Shown here: in pieces, positions 26,341 through 36,662 of the stretch
Layout: each line of letters begins with the position of its first letter
Position numbering within the stretch: position 1 is the stretch's first letter
IMG/VR virus record: IMGVR_UViG_3300046028_005224
Span: 27,435-91,434 of that record
Source of the DNA: a virus
Direction: 5' to 3' (one strand)
Length of the DNA stretch: 64,000 bases
Program-made: the position numbers and the translations under genes
The notes under the pieces: generated by a model
The model's database searches: none
The model's input: only the letters and a program-made list of their open reading frames with translations
Told to the model about the DNA's origin: nothing

Positions 26341-26439
26341 ATGCTTTACCTATAACTTAAATTTTTATCTAAGAATATTTATAAAAAAAAGAGATCTCTA
26401 GATCTGATCTCTTTAAATTATAATATTACGTTTTGTTTT

Positions 26440-26619
26440 TTATGGAGTTAAATCCTTTCCACCTCTTTTCTTCAGTTGCTCTTGAGCCTGAAGAAGTAAG
26501 AACGACAAAATACCGTTTGATTTAACTTTTGGATTAGCGCCAAGAAGTTCAGATACTGCAAGCAGTACGGTGGCAATAAGAGTTTGGTTTGCTAATGCCC
26601 AAGCAATTGCTGCAGACAT
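26440..26619 (-). CDS. Small membrane protein
   Basis: Hydrophobic 59 aa, basic C-terminus, GGAG SD. Confidence 0.7.
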   Translation of the reverse strand: MSAAIAWALANQTLIATVLLAVSELLGANPKVKSNGILSFLLLQAQEQLKKRGGKDLTP

Positions 26620-26647
26620 AGTGACTCCATGCAAATTATGTAATTAT

Positions 26648-28252
26648 TTATGCTTTAATTGTCGAAGCTGGAGCAACGGGATCAGATAAACCTGGACTTG
26701 GTTTTACTTTTGGCAATCTGCCAGCTCCTTTACCTGCTTTTGGACCTGGAGCTGGGGGCTTTCCAGTTGTCGGCGGTGCTGGAGGAGCAGGAGTTGATGT
26801 CTGGGTCTGTGTTTGAGTTTGTGTTAATGGTAAAGCTAATGTTTTTGTTTTTGTTTGCGTTTTAACTTTTGGATCTGCTACAACAATTTGACCAGTTTTT
26901 ACATCCACTTTAACAAGTTCACCAGTTTTTGCATCTACTTTAGTAGCTGTTTGCTGCTTTGTTCCAGGTTTGGTAATTGCAGTGACTTCAGGTTTTGCTT
27001 TTGTAATTGCAGTTACTTGAGGTTTGTATTTTACTATTGCCCCTGGAGCTGTTTGACCAAGTTTCAGTTCTGCAGGCGCAGCTTTAGTTGCGGTTTTTAA
27101 AACAGTTTGTAAAATTTTTCTGCCAACATTCTCTGTAATGTTAATAAATTCAGCACCAAGTTCTTGTGCAAGAAGTTCTGCAGCTTCTTTTACTTCATGT
27201 GAACAATCACACTCGGACTCATCGGCATTCTTTTTCCTTTTTTTTTTATCCTCTCCATTTTCATAGGAGGCGTGGGCTTTTCCTTCTACGCTTTTCTGCG
27301 CTTTTGTTGCTTCAGCAATATCTGGACTTTCTGATCTCCAATCGGAGTATTCTTCTTTTCTAGTTTTCTTCTTTTTCTTAAAGGAACCAGAAACTTCTCC
27401 TTTCTCATAACCAACTCCATCACCATCATCATCCCACCAACGTGCTGTCTTTTTCTTTTTCTCTTCATTCACATTTGATGTCTTCGCATCTTTACCAGAA
27501 CCACCTTCAGTGGAACCAACAACAACTACAGTCTTATATCTCTTTCTATAATCTTGAAGTGCCGAAGCTGGAATCTTTTTCTGGAATACTGATCCATCTT
27601 CTTTGGTAACTCTTACAAGAATCTTGGCTTCTTCTTGCAATTCAAATTCTTCGTTTTTAGTTTTTTCTGCATCTCTACGTGCTTGAAGAACTGCAGCAAT
27701 GGCTGCTTTTCTTCTTTCATCACTTGATCTACCAGCTAACTGTGGAGATTTTGATGCTCTAAAATCTCTAATAGCAGTTCCAATATCTGTGCTTGCGGTA
27801 ATTTTTTCGTCTAATGAATCACCTTCTGGCTCATAAGACATCTTAAGATTAGGATCAACCTGTTTGATATCTTTTATTTTTTGTTGTTGAATTTGATTTA
27901 ATTTATCTCTTATGCCTTTAGCAGCTGGAATAAGTTGAGAACCAGCAGCTGCAGTTCCCGCCATTAAACCAAGGCGTATTAATTGTGCTGCACTCTCATC
28001 TACAAATTCTTCAGTAACACTTACACCCAAAGACCTAGCAAGTCTAGCCTTTCTCTCAGGAGACATTTTAGAACGCTTAAGGTATGCAATAACAGCATCC
28101 TTACCCATGTTCTTCATTTTATTACGAAGATCGTAAAGTGCTTGAGTTTCTTCTTGATCATCGCCTTTATGCTGACCATATTTTTCAGCAATATAGGTTT
28201 GATCAATTGCGTCTCTATGCGACTCAAATACTTGCTGCCAAGGATTAGACAT
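26648..28252 (-). CDS. Modular low-complexity late protein, probable internal head protein
   Basis: Segments delimited by hydrophobic-x-E sites; K-rich and T/Q/P-rich repeats; TAAATA upstream. Confidence 0.65.
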   Translation of the reverse strand: MSNPWQQVFESHRDAIDQTYIAEKYGQHKGDDQEETQALYDLRNKMKNMGKDAVIAYLKRSKMSPERKARLARSLGVSVTEEFVDESAAQLIRLGLMAGTAAAGSQLIPAAKGIRDKLNQIQQQKIKDIKQVDPNLKMSYEPEGDSLDEKITASTDIGTAIRDFRASKSPQLAGRSSDERRKAAIAAVLQARRDAEKTKNEEFELQEEAKILVRVTKEDGSVFQKKIPASALQDYRKRYKTVVVVGSTEGGSGKDAKTSNVNEEKKKKTARWWDDDGDGVGYEKGEVSGSFKKKKKTRKEEYSDWRSESPDIAEATKAQKSVEGKAHASYENGEDKKKRKKNADESECDCSHEVKEAAELLAQELGAEFINITENVGRKILQTVLKTATKAAPAELKLGQTAPGAIVKYKPQVTAITKAKPEVTAITKPGTKQQTATKVDAKTGELVKVDVKTGQIVVADPKVKTQTKTKTLALPLTQTQTQTQTSTPAPPAPPTTGKPPAPGPKAGKGAGRLPKVKPSPGLSDPVAPASTIKA

Positions 28253-28326
28253 ATTCCTACGTTGGATTTTTACCTATTTTTATTTATTTATCAAAATTCT
28301 ATATACAATATACTGATTTTATTTAC

Positions 28327-29019
28327 ATGCACTTTGACACTGTTAAAATTTTCCCCACTACAATTTATATTGGGGAGTTGCCCAATCATGAAGAAAACAA
28401 AAAATATTTTTACAATTTGTACCCAAAATATGATTATGAAGAAACTGAATACATTACAACTGTTAGCGAAGAATGTGGTAATCCTTTATTACATTTAGAA
28501 GCAGACTTAGAACCATTATTTAAAAATATTTCATTACATATAAAAAATTATATTCAAGATACTTTACTCTTAAAAGATGTATTTGATATTACAATAACTA
28601 AAACTTGGTTGTCAAGAACTAGAAATCCAGAATATCATATTCCAGCACATACACACTCAAGTAGTCATATATCATTTGTATACTATATTAATATTCCCAA
28701 AAATTCTCATAAACTTAAATTTTTAAATATACATGAACCAAATAGTTTGTTCTCTGATATTTTCCATGGAGCTAGAAACAAAGATAGTGCATTTGTAAAT
28801 TCATACAATGAGCACAATGCTCAATCTTTTTCATTAACTCCTGAAGAAGGTACTATAATAATTTTTCCAAGTAAGCTTCCACACGGCACAGAAGCTATTG
28901 ATAAAAATTTTAATGGGGAGAGATTAGCTATAGTTGGTGATTGTATTTTAATTTTAAAAGAAGATCAATTAAAATATTCAATGGGTTATATCCATGAAAA
29001 ACATTGGAAAAAATTTTAA
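28327..29019 (+). CDS. 2OG-Fe(II) oxygenase (TIGR02466-like), the only plus-strand gene
   Basis: IFPT, HTHSSSHISFVYY, IIFPSKLPH and RLAI motifs. Confidence 0.85.
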   Translation: MHFDTVKIFPTTIYIGELPNHEENKKYFYNLYPKYDYEETEYITTVSEECGNPLLHLEADLEPLFKNISLHIKNYIQDTLLLKDVFDITITKTWLSRTRNPEYHIPAHTHSSSHISFVYYINIPKNSHKLKFLNIHEPNSLFSDIFHGARNKDSAFVNSYNEHNAQSFSLTPEEGTIIIFPSKLPHGTEAIDKNFNGERLAIVGDCILILKEDQLKYSMGYIHEKHWKKF

Positions 29020-29252
29020 ACCTCTTTACTATCAGTAATCCATGGTTTAAAAAGTTCACCATCATCAGTCAAACAAATTAAATAATTTGTTCCTCTTCGC
29101 ATTACAGTACCAATTCTTCCTGTTGACATTTGTTCAATCAAAGAACCTTCTTTAAAAATTTCCCCAGCAATATAATGCTCCCGAATATCTTCTGTAGCGA
29201 TTTCGGGAAGTATATTTTTTACTTCGGTTACAAATTGCAAAAATGTTTTCAT
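29016..29252 (-). CDS. Small protein resembling the C-terminal domain of cyanophage cytidyltransferase
   Basis: IREHYIAGEIF...RRGTNYLIC..FKPWITD. Confidence 0.6.
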   Translation of the reverse strand: MKTFLQFVTEVKNILPEIATEDIREHYIAGEIFKEGSLIEQMSTGRIGTVMRRGTNYLICLTDDGELFKPWITDSKEV

Positions 29253-29253
29253 T

Positions 29254-29493
29254 TTATTTGTGTAATTGTTTGATGATTTTTTTGCTGTTTATTTTAATAT
29301 AATCTAATCCAGCTTTTTTTAATTTGATATATTTATTTTTTTCACGTTTATTTTTTGCAATTAAGTCATCCATAAAAAAAGAAAAATAGAGATACAAATC
29401 AATCATTGCATCCCTATCATTTCTAATTACTTTTTTTTCTGACTTGTATGCATCTAAAAATTCATCTAGAATAGGAGTCAGAACTGTAAGCAT
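29254..29493 (-). CDS. Hypothetical protein
   Basis: 79-aa ORF with TAAATA upstream. Confidence 0.65.
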   Translation of the reverse strand: MLTVLTPILDEFLDAYKSEKKVIRNDRDAMIDLYLYFSFFMDDLIAKNKREKNKYIKLKKAGLDYIKINSKKIIKQLHK

Positions 29494-29518
29494 TTTAACA
29501 CATTATTTCTTTTATTTA

Positions 29519-29698
29519 TTATTCTTCCAATGCAGATCCAATTGCATCATCAAGATCTGTAATTACATCTCTCATTTCAAAAATGCGAGGAGGAACACTA
29601 TTTACATCATATGTGTATCCTTTTTGAGCTTCAAACAAAACTTGACGAACAGCAGCAGCTGCATGAACGTTCATTGTAATAGTTACTTCTTTTTTCAC
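29519..29698 (-). CDS. Conserved small protein downstream of mazG (not in the ORF track)
   Basis: GTG overlapping the mazG stop; VKKEVTITMNVHAAAAVRQVLF... Confidence 0.7.
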   Translation of the reverse strand: MKKEVTITMNVHAAAAVRQVLFEAQKGYTYDVNSVPPRIFEMRDVITDLDDAIGSALEE

Positions 29699-30105
29699 AG
29701 ATCATCCTCCGCACGATTTTCAGAATAGTAAGGATCAAAAGATCCACCAGGATAACGCTTCTCAAGTTTAGTCACATTGCGAGCAATAACTTCATCAATA
29801 GAAATTTCTAAAGCCATACATGCTTGAGCAACATACCACATAAGATCACCAAGTTCAATAATCAAATGTTCTTTGTTGTCAAGATTCCAAGGCTTTCCTT
29901 GGAAAATCATTTTCTTAATAATCTCAAGAAACTCACCACCCTCAGCATTAATACCAACACCAGCAGTAAGCAGTCGTTCAATATTTGCTCCCTTTCCATC
30001 AAGCTCAACGATGCGATCAGAGAATGAAACAAAATCTCTAGATGCATCAGATGTTACAGCATCTACAAATTTTTGATATCGGCTAAAATTAATCTGTCGT
30101 TCCAT
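29695..30105 (-). CDS. mazG: MazG-like NTP pyrophosphohydrolase
   Basis: AEGGEFLEIIKK, ELGDLMWY and NVTKLEKRYP motifs; own TTGACA-17-TATAAT at 30155-30127. Confidence 0.93.
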   Translation of the reverse strand: MERQINFSRYQKFVDAVTSDASRDFVSFSDRIVELDGKGANIERLLTAGVGINAEGGEFLEIIKKMIFQGKPWNLDNKEHLIIELGDLMWYVAQACMALEISIDEVIARNVTKLEKRYPGGSFDPYYSENRAEDDL

Positions 30106-30143
30106 AAAATTTTAGTAAGTAATAGTATTATAGAATAAAAAAA

Positions 30144-30923
30144 TTAAAATGTCAAATTAAAAACATCTTTCAATCTAAATTTTTTCCAAAGTTCTTCATC
30201 AGTAGATGGTGTAAAATTTGGATAAATTTGCAGAAACGCTGCTAGGCTAATTCTATCATAAGTTTCAAACCAGTTTGTTTCAATATAAGGACTATGTAAT
30301 GTAGTTGTTGGATAAGCCACTAATGTGTTATATTCCATTGGTATTACTTTTTCCATCTCAAAATTGTTATCACCCGTAAATTGTTTCCATGGCATAGAAT
30401 TATTACTGTTGAAAGAATTCATGATGTGATACAATTCATTAATTTGCCCTAAAGACATATCAAACAAATTCATTTTATTTTTAAATGACCAAAAGCTTGT
30501 ACCTCCTAACATATTTTCAGTTAAACAAACATTGACAGCTATATGTGTTTGAACTGATAATGGAAAAATAGAACAGTCTACATGTGGCAATTGATAAGAA
30601 CAATTCATTTTACCATTAAAACAATTTACATACAAATCATAACATTGAACATCATTGCTTTGAAAAATATTAGCAAATTGTTTTGATATAAAAGATCCAA
30701 ATTTAGGACAATGTGAACTGGGGAATCCTGCAGTTTTTCCTGGTCTCCAAGTTGGTTGTGAATCAAAGTATGGAAAAGAACGTATAAGATTTTTTAATTT
30801 ATCTGGATATTTTAAAAAATCTCTAATGACCAAAACATTTTCTGTTCCTGCAGTAAATATCTCGTACTGTTTATTATTAACTTCTGTAGAATCTTTCCAA
30901 AGATCATCTATAGTTGTAATCAT
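30144..30923 (-). CDS. 2OG-Fe(II) oxygenase-like protein (DUF6445-like)
   Basis: VIRDFLKYPD, PHVD, GGTSFW and YNTLVAY...HS motifs. Confidence 0.75.
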   Translation of the reverse strand: MITTIDDLWKDSTEVNNKQYEIFTAGTENVLVIRDFLKYPDKLKNLIRSFPYFDSQPTWRPGKTAGFPSSHCPKFGSFISKQFANIFQSNDVQCYDLYVNCFNGKMNCSYQLPHVDCSIFPLSVQTHIAVNVCLTENMLGGTSFWSFKNKMNLFDMSLGQINELYHIMNSFNSNNSMPWKQFTGDNNFEMEKVIPMEYNTLVAYPTTTLHSPYIETNWFETYDRISLAAFLQIYPNFTPSTDEELWKKFRLKDVFNLTF

Positions 30924-30925
30924 AA

Positions 30926-32296
30926 TTAAAATTTAAATCCTTCAAATGCTTTAGATTTTGGTTTAGATTCAATCTCAACTTCTTCTTGTCCACTATCAAG
31001 TATATCTTTTTGAGCAGATTGTTCAATATCATAGAGACGCATTTTTGATCTATCAACTCCAATCAAAAATTTACGGTTTGCAGTTGGATCATTATAGCGA
31101 TTCTTTAACTGTTTTACCAATATCTGCCCACGCTGCTCCAACTCTTCTGTGCTAATAAGGGCAAACATAAAATCAGCAGTAGCAGGAAGACCAAAGGACT
31201 CACTAGTATCAGTGAGTTCAATATTAGAGCTATTAAAACCTGAACGAGTAGTTTGGGTAGCCGTGACAATAGGTACATTATGCTCAACAGCAAGACCACG
31301 AAGCTCTTCAGCAATAGCTTTAACATAAGTATAACTATTAACTATGCTACCCTTATATCTAGATGAGGCACAAATGTTTAAGTAGTCTACAAAAATGATG
31401 TCTGGTTTGAAGCTTTTTTTCATGGACAATTCATTCAGCAAAGTTTTGAAATGTCCCACATGTGCAGATGCAGTTGGATACTCTTTGATGATCAATGTGC
31501 CAATACTTCTATTAACCAAACTTTGAATCTTCGTTTCAAACATTCGTTTAGGAAGTTCGGCAATAGATTTAATATCTACGTCTAAGAGATTTGCGTCAAT
31601 TCGTTCAGCAATTTTCTCTTCTGCCATTTCAAGCGTAACGTACAAAACGTTCCGTCCTTGGAGCAACACGGAGCTAGCCAAGTGGCACATGAATAAAGAT
31701 TTCCCGACACCTGTACCAGCAAGTACGACATTGAGAGTCTTGCTAGGTAAACCATCTTTGGTAATTTTGTTAAAGTATTCAAGATCAAAGGGGATTTTTT
31801 CTTCAGTTTTGTGATAGAAATCATATCGTTCTTCAAAGTTTTTTACATAGTCGTGACCAATATTATGGTCAAAAGATACTCCAAGTGCCTCACTCAAGAT
31901 GTGAGGAATAGCATCTTTATTCTTTTTACCAGTGTCATCATCAACAATATGAACTGACTCCATAAGAGCCAGATAAATTGCTCGATCTTTACACCACTTT
32001 TCAGTAGAGTTTAAAAGCCAATCAAAGTCTGCTTCATCATCAGTAAGATTGCTGATGATATCATTACATTGTTTAAGTTGATCTTCTGAAAGATCTCTAC
32101 GATTAGATACCTCAATCGAAAGAACTTCTTTAGTTGCTAGCTTATCATACTTTGCTATGAACTCATAAATTTCTTCAAAGATAATACGCTCAGCATACTC
32201 TCCAAAATATTCTTGACGAATAAAGGGAATTACCTTTCTACAATAATCTTCATTAAAAATTAAACTCCTTAAAATTGTGATTTCAATTCTGTCCAT
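30926..32296 (-). CDS. gp41: Replicative DNA helicase
   Basis: AGTGVGKS, VDYLNI, ATQTTR and QLKNRY motifs. Confidence 0.97.
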   Translation of the reverse strand: MDRIEITILRSLIFNEDYCRKVIPFIRQEYFGEYAERIIFEEIYEFIAKYDKLATKEVLSIEVSNRRDLSEDQLKQCNDIISNLTDDEADFDWLLNSTEKWCKDRAIYLALMESVHIVDDDTGKKNKDAIPHILSEALGVSFDHNIGHDYVKNFEERYDFYHKTEEKIPFDLEYFNKITKDGLPSKTLNVVLAGTGVGKSLFMCHLASSVLLQGRNVLYVTLEMAEEKIAERIDANLLDVDIKSIAELPKRMFETKIQSLVNRSIGTLIIKEYPTASAHVGHFKTLLNELSMKKSFKPDIIFVDYLNICASSRYKGSIVNSYTYVKAIAEELRGLAVEHNVPIVTATQTTRSGFNSSNIELTDTSESFGLPATADFMFALISTEELEQRGQILVKQLKNRYNDPTANRKFLIGVDRSKMRLYDIEQSAQKDILDSGQEEVEIESKPKSKAFEGFKF

Positions 32297-32297
32297 G

Positions 32298-32858
32298 TCA
32301 AATGTAATGAAGGTATGTGCTCAAAAGATACTTATCGTTACTAATTGGAGGATTACCTTTATGGGGGAACATCCAAAGAGGCGGGAAGATCACCAGTTTA
32401 CCAGCTTCAGGCTTAATTGTCAAATCGGTAAACACAGTTTCACCACCCTCATCTACCGTATTCAAATACCAAAAGAATGAAAGATATCGTCTAGATGTCA
32501 TATAATCTTGAACATCTACATGTGTATTAAACATGTCATTGCCATCATTCTTATATTTTTTAATTCTAAATTGCTCAAACCCATGTTGATGTTCTTTAGG
32601 AAAACAACGTCTTTCAACTAAATGGTAGTATTGTTTTAAATATCTACCCATATGAACCAAAGTTTGCCTTTGCAGTTCAACGGCTTCTGCGTTATGTGTT
32701 AATTCTGTAAGATTAAGTTGTGTAAAGGTTGGCTTTTTGTAATTATCAACTCTTTCTTGATTCTCAGGATTTGTTTCAAAAAAATTAATTAACGCATTGC
32801 ACAGATCCAAAGGCAATGCATTTTCATGGACTTGGATTAAATCAATTAGAGTTACCAT
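32298..32858 (-). CDS. 2OG-Fe(II) oxygenase (prolyl-hydroxylase-like)
   Basis: HVD, YLNTVDEGGET and IFPPLWMFPH motifs. Confidence 0.88.
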   Translation of the reverse strand: MVTLIDLIQVHENALPLDLCNALINFFETNPENQERVDNYKKPTFTQLNLTELTHNAEAVELQRQTLVHMGRYLKQYYHLVERRCFPKEHQHGFEQFRIKKYKNDGNDMFNTHVDVQDYMTSRRYLSFFWYLNTVDEGGETVFTDLTIKPEAGKLVIFPPLWMFPHKGNPPISNDKYLLSTYLHYI

Positions 32859-33849
32859 AAGAAAACTCCTTCTGAGCGATTTCATCAAGTGCTTGCATTA
32901 CTTCTGGCGTAAAATATTTTTCAGGTTCTGCAAGAATTTGTTTTGCATAAATTTTCTTACCATCCATCTCATAACGCCCCGCAACATTCTTCCAGAGTCC
33001 GCCGAGTTCCCCGAGTTCCAGAAGACCATAATAGCGATCAAGACCACGCTCATCATAAAATAAACGGACTTCAACTTCTTGATTCTCCTTACTCAAACGC
33101 GACTTTTGAGTTTTAGCACGAATAATATTTCCAACAACTTCTTTCCCATCCTTTTCCTTTGACTTTGAAAGATAAATGATAGTTGATGATGCATATTGCA
33201 ATCCAGAACCACCTGACATTTGTTTTCCACCATACAAACTCATCGATTCGTATGTATGATTCGTCACTATCATAGGGATACTTGCCTGCCCCAACTTCAA
33301 AGTCAACATACGAAATGCACCTTTTATAAGCTGTGATTTAGTCATATCACGAACTTGTTTATCATTCAGTGCATCGGTAATTTCTTTCTCAGTTGAAAGC
33401 ATACCCAAAGAGTCTAACACAAACATACAGGGTTTGCGTTCTGTTTCAGGTTTTTTTAAGTACATGTCAACCGCTTTTAGTGCTTTAGTGCGAAATTCTT
33501 CTACGGTGACAACATTAACCACGACAAGACGAGATGTGTCGATGTCGCGTGACTCCAAGAGTGATTTGGTAATAGCGGATTCAGTATCAAAGTAGAGACA
33601 ATAACCATCGGAGTTATTATCAAGAAAATTCTTAACCACAGCGAGAGAAAAGAAAGTCTTTCCAGTACTAGACTCTCCAGCAATAGCAGTAATCTTATTC
33701 CCAGATACACCACCAAATATGCTACCTGAAACCAGTGCATTAAAAATGTACGAACCTGTGTCAACATAAGTCTCCGTCTCGTCAATATCAGAAGCAAGCT
33801 TGGTGTACTCGCCACCAACTTCTTTTACAATTTCTTTAAGAAAGTCCAT
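32842..33849 (-). CDS. uvsX: RecA-like recombinase
   Basis: GESSTGKT and LDSLGML motifs. Confidence 0.95.
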   Translation of the reverse strand: MDFLKEIVKEVGGEYTKLASDIDETETYVDTGSYIFNALVSGSIFGGVSGNKITAIAGESSTGKTFFSLAVVKNFLDNNSDGYCLYFDTESAITKSLLESRDIDTSRLVVVNVVTVEEFRTKALKAVDMYLKKPETERKPCMFVLDSLGMLSTEKEITDALNDKQVRDMTKSQLIKGAFRMLTLKLGQASIPMIVTNHTYESMSLYGGKQMSGGSGLQYASSTIIYLSKSKEKDGKEVVGNIIRAKTQKSRLSKENQEVEVRLFYDERGLDRYYGLLELGELGGLWKNVAGRYEMDGKKIYAKQILAEPEKYFTPEVMQALDEIAQKEFSYGNSN

Positions 33850-33855
33850 AATAGT

Positions 33856-36348
33856 TTAAGCAAAAAAGTCTTCTAGTGAACCGCGTTGTTCTGTTTTCCA
33901 ACCAATACAATCTAATACAGATTTTAGTGGATCAAGGAATGATTTGTCAAATTGTAGAGAATAATCAATATAGCTTTCAGCAATGATTTCTTTTGGAAAC
34001 TGCTGAATAAATGAGATTACATTTTCTCGGATTGGGTTTTGTTTTTTAAGGTAACAGTATTTAATTTTTTCACCATTGTTAATTATAGCATACTTGTTCG
34101 TTAATTTTTTATCTCGGATGTAATGATTAAAAAGCAAAGATCCTCTAACATGAATTGGAGTTGATTTCTTGTAAATGGTTGACGTGGATTTCCATTTTTC
34201 AACATCACTTGCGGTTTTTGGAAATGCAATTTGATCTACAGGTAGAGTCGGAAATTCTTTTTTAAATGTTTCAATAAACTTGACTACCTCGTCTTCAGTA
34301 GATGTCATGATAAGTTTAAAAGCTTCTTTAATTTTAGCTCTACACGCCGCTGGAGTAGATGATTTAATAGCCTCCAGACCCATAATTTTTAATTTAGGAG
34401 CTTCATATCTAACTCCTTCACTGTCCCATACGTTGAGCATATATCGTTTTTTGGCTGTCCAAATACCACGATTAGCAATGTTCTCACGCTTCATGAACAT
34501 CTTTTGTTCGTAAGCATTTACATATTGAGATAGCTCTTGATACGATTGATCAATAAATGGTTCAAACTTTTCCTTACAAATTTTATCCAAGAAGTTAACA
34601 ATCTTAGTATCATCTGTTTCATTTGGGAATAACTTTGATACCAAGTTCCCAAGATTCAAATAGATTGAATCAGTATCAACAGCAATCACATAATCTTTAT
34701 TTTCACTTTTTAAAATTTTATTCAAATAACCATTCATTTTATTTTCAATCCAACGGATTGAAACTTGTCCAGACAGTGTAATTGCTTCTGCATTTGCAAG
34801 TTTATAGTAACGAAAATATTCATTACCAATAGCACCATAAGCAGAGTTCAACTGGATTTTTCTTGCCATCTGAATGTTATTGCAGCGGGCAATTTCTTTA
34901 ATCAAATTTTTATCTTTAGTTTTTTCGTATTGTTGTTTTGCCTCAAGCATTTTTTTCTTATAGATTACTCGATCTTGATAAATCTTATCCATAAGTTTTG
35001 GTAGAAATCCTCGTTTTGTTGTATCAAAGAATGCTCCGTTTGCACAAACAGTTTGTCCTTTAAGATCAGACAAATCCAACTCTTTGTTCAAAATTTTATC
35101 AACACTAATACTTGGATGTTTATGATCTTGCAGTGTTTCTGGTGAAATGTTATATTGCATAATCAAGTGTGGATATAGACTGTTTAAGTCAAAACTTACC
35201 ACCCAATCATATCTACCAGGAATCGGTTCTTTAACATAAGCTCCTGCATACTGAGCATCTTTTTTACCATCCACTTTTGGTGGAATAACAATATCTTGTT
35301 TTTTCAAGTAGTTATAAATGATGCTATCCCACATTTTTACTTGAGAAAAAACATCGGTGTAATTAACCTTAGCATCATATGCCATGGTAATTGCCAATTC
35401 AATTAACTTCATCTTGTCTTCCAAACGGTCAACAAGTTCTACGTCAACGATGTTGTACTCTACAAATTTCTGCCAATCTTGAGTATAAAAATCTTTGAAG
35501 GTTTCAAACTCAGAGTGATCAAGTTTTTTTTGTCCAAGCTCAACAAAAGCAATATGATCCAGTCGATAAGATTCTTGGTTTGAATAAGTAAACTTCTTAT
35601 ACAAATCCAAATAATCTAATACTGTAATACCCCCAACATCATAAACAATATTTGATCTTCCATTAAGAGTGACTTCATTACGAGTCAAAAGTTTCCATGG
35701 AGAGATACGACGAGCATCACGTTCTCCAAACAGTCGATCAATACGTCCACACAAATATGGAATATCGTACAAAGAACAGTTCCACCCTGTTATAACTTCA
35801 GGATAATTATTTTCCCAAAAGTACAAAAATTTAATAAGCAAATCTTGTTCATCTTTACATTGAATGTAAGTCACATTATCTTGCTTATTGATGAATGTCT
35901 TTACACCCCATGTGGTAATTTTTTTGGACGCATAATCTTGCATCGAAATTGTGAGAAGTTCTTCGGCACAATCTCTAACATTCGGAAATCCGTTTTCTGA
36001 GGCTACCTCAATATCAATTGTTGATATTTTAATTTTACTAATATCAAACTTAATTTCATCTTCAGGATAGTTATCAGAAATATATTGATAGATGAATCTA
36101 TTATTGCCGTAGATGTCAAAATTTTCAACATCTTCATATTGACGATAAAACTCTCTACAATCCTTCACCAATCCAGGTTGAATTGGTTCTACATACTTAC
36201 CGTCGAGAGTGGTGTACTTTGTTGGCTTTTGAGATAAGACAAAGAGTGTTGGAGAATATTTTTCTCTGAACTGAAAGTGATCGCCATTATTATAACCGCG
36301 AACGAGAAACTCATTTCCAATCAACTGAACATTAGTATAAAATCTCAT
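33856..36348 (-). CDS. gp43: Family B DNA polymerase
   Basis: DIEV exonuclease, DLNSLYP, KIQLNSAYG, DTDS and SLEDFF clamp peptide. Confidence 0.98.
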   Translation of the reverse strand: MRFYTNVQLIGNEFLVRGYNNGDHFQFREKYSPTLFVLSQKPTKYTTLDGKYVEPIQPGLVKDCREFYRQYEDVENFDIYGNNRFIYQYISDNYPEDEIKFDISKIKISTIDIEVASENGFPNVRDCAEELLTISMQDYASKKITTWGVKTFINKQDNVTYIQCKDEQDLLIKFLYFWENNYPEVITGWNCSLYDIPYLCGRIDRLFGERDARRISPWKLLTRNEVTLNGRSNIVYDVGGITVLDYLDLYKKFTYSNQESYRLDHIAFVELGQKKLDHSEFETFKDFYTQDWQKFVEYNIVDVELVDRLEDKMKLIELAITMAYDAKVNYTDVFSQVKMWDSIIYNYLKKQDIVIPPKVDGKKDAQYAGAYVKEPIPGRYDWVVSFDLNSLYPHLIMQYNISPETLQDHKHPSISVDKILNKELDLSDLKGQTVCANGAFFDTTKRGFLPKLMDKIYQDRVIYKKKMLEAKQQYEKTKDKNLIKEIARCNNIQMARKIQLNSAYGAIGNEYFRYYKLANAEAITLSGQVSIRWIENKMNGYLNKILKSENKDYVIAVDTDSIYLNLGNLVSKLFPNETDDTKIVNFLDKICKEKFEPFIDQSYQELSQYVNAYEQKMFMKRENIANRGIWTAKKRYMLNVWDSEGVRYEAPKLKIMGLEAIKSSTPAACRAKIKEAFKLIMTSTEDEVVKFIETFKKEFPTLPVDQIAFPKTASDVEKWKSTSTIYKKSTPIHVRGSLLFNHYIRDKKLTNKYAIINNGEKIKYCYLKKQNPIRENVISFIQQFPKEIIAESYIDYSLQFDKSFLDPLKSVLDCIGWKTEQRGSLEDFFA

Positions 36349-36653
36349 CCAGCAGTGATCCCATCATACTTACTCAGTATGTTATCAGAGGGATCGTAAA
36401 TTGTCAAGAACTTATCCGAAGACATTAAAATTTCTGATTGACCACAATGTTTTGGAAAGGTTTCCAAATAACCAGTTTCAGTAATTGTGAATGGATTTAC
36501 CAACTTACAGTTAGGCATTCCATACTCAGCAACAATTTCTTCTATCTCAGAAATTACATACAGACCATTCTCAAATAAAATGCATTTAACGACACGCTCT
36601 GATTTCTCTTCTTGAAGTTGTTCATCCATGTCAATTGTTTCATAATCATCCAT
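36345..36653 (-). CDS. Hypothetical protein (Sm-like fold possible)
   Basis: 102-aa ORF coupled to gp43. Confidence 0.7.
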   Translation of the reverse strand: MDDYETIDMDEQLQEEKSERVVKCILFENGLYVISEIEEIVAEYGMPNCKLVNPFTITETGYLETFPKHCGQSEILMSSDKFLTIYDPSDNILSKYDGITAG

Positions 36654-36662
36654 AAAAATCTC

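Noticed and set aside
24563-26619. Holin calls for the small TM proteins
   Set aside because: Hydrophobicity alone is insufficient and they are far from the endolysin
33190-33270. Divergent L2-loop region of UvsX (YESMSLYGGKQMSGG)
   Set aside because: It differs from my recollection of relatives, but I cannot verify this without an alignment
20124-36348. Introns or inteins in nrdA, nrdB, gp41, uvsX or gp43
   Set aside because: Continuous frames of normal length with no splice motifs or homing endonuclease
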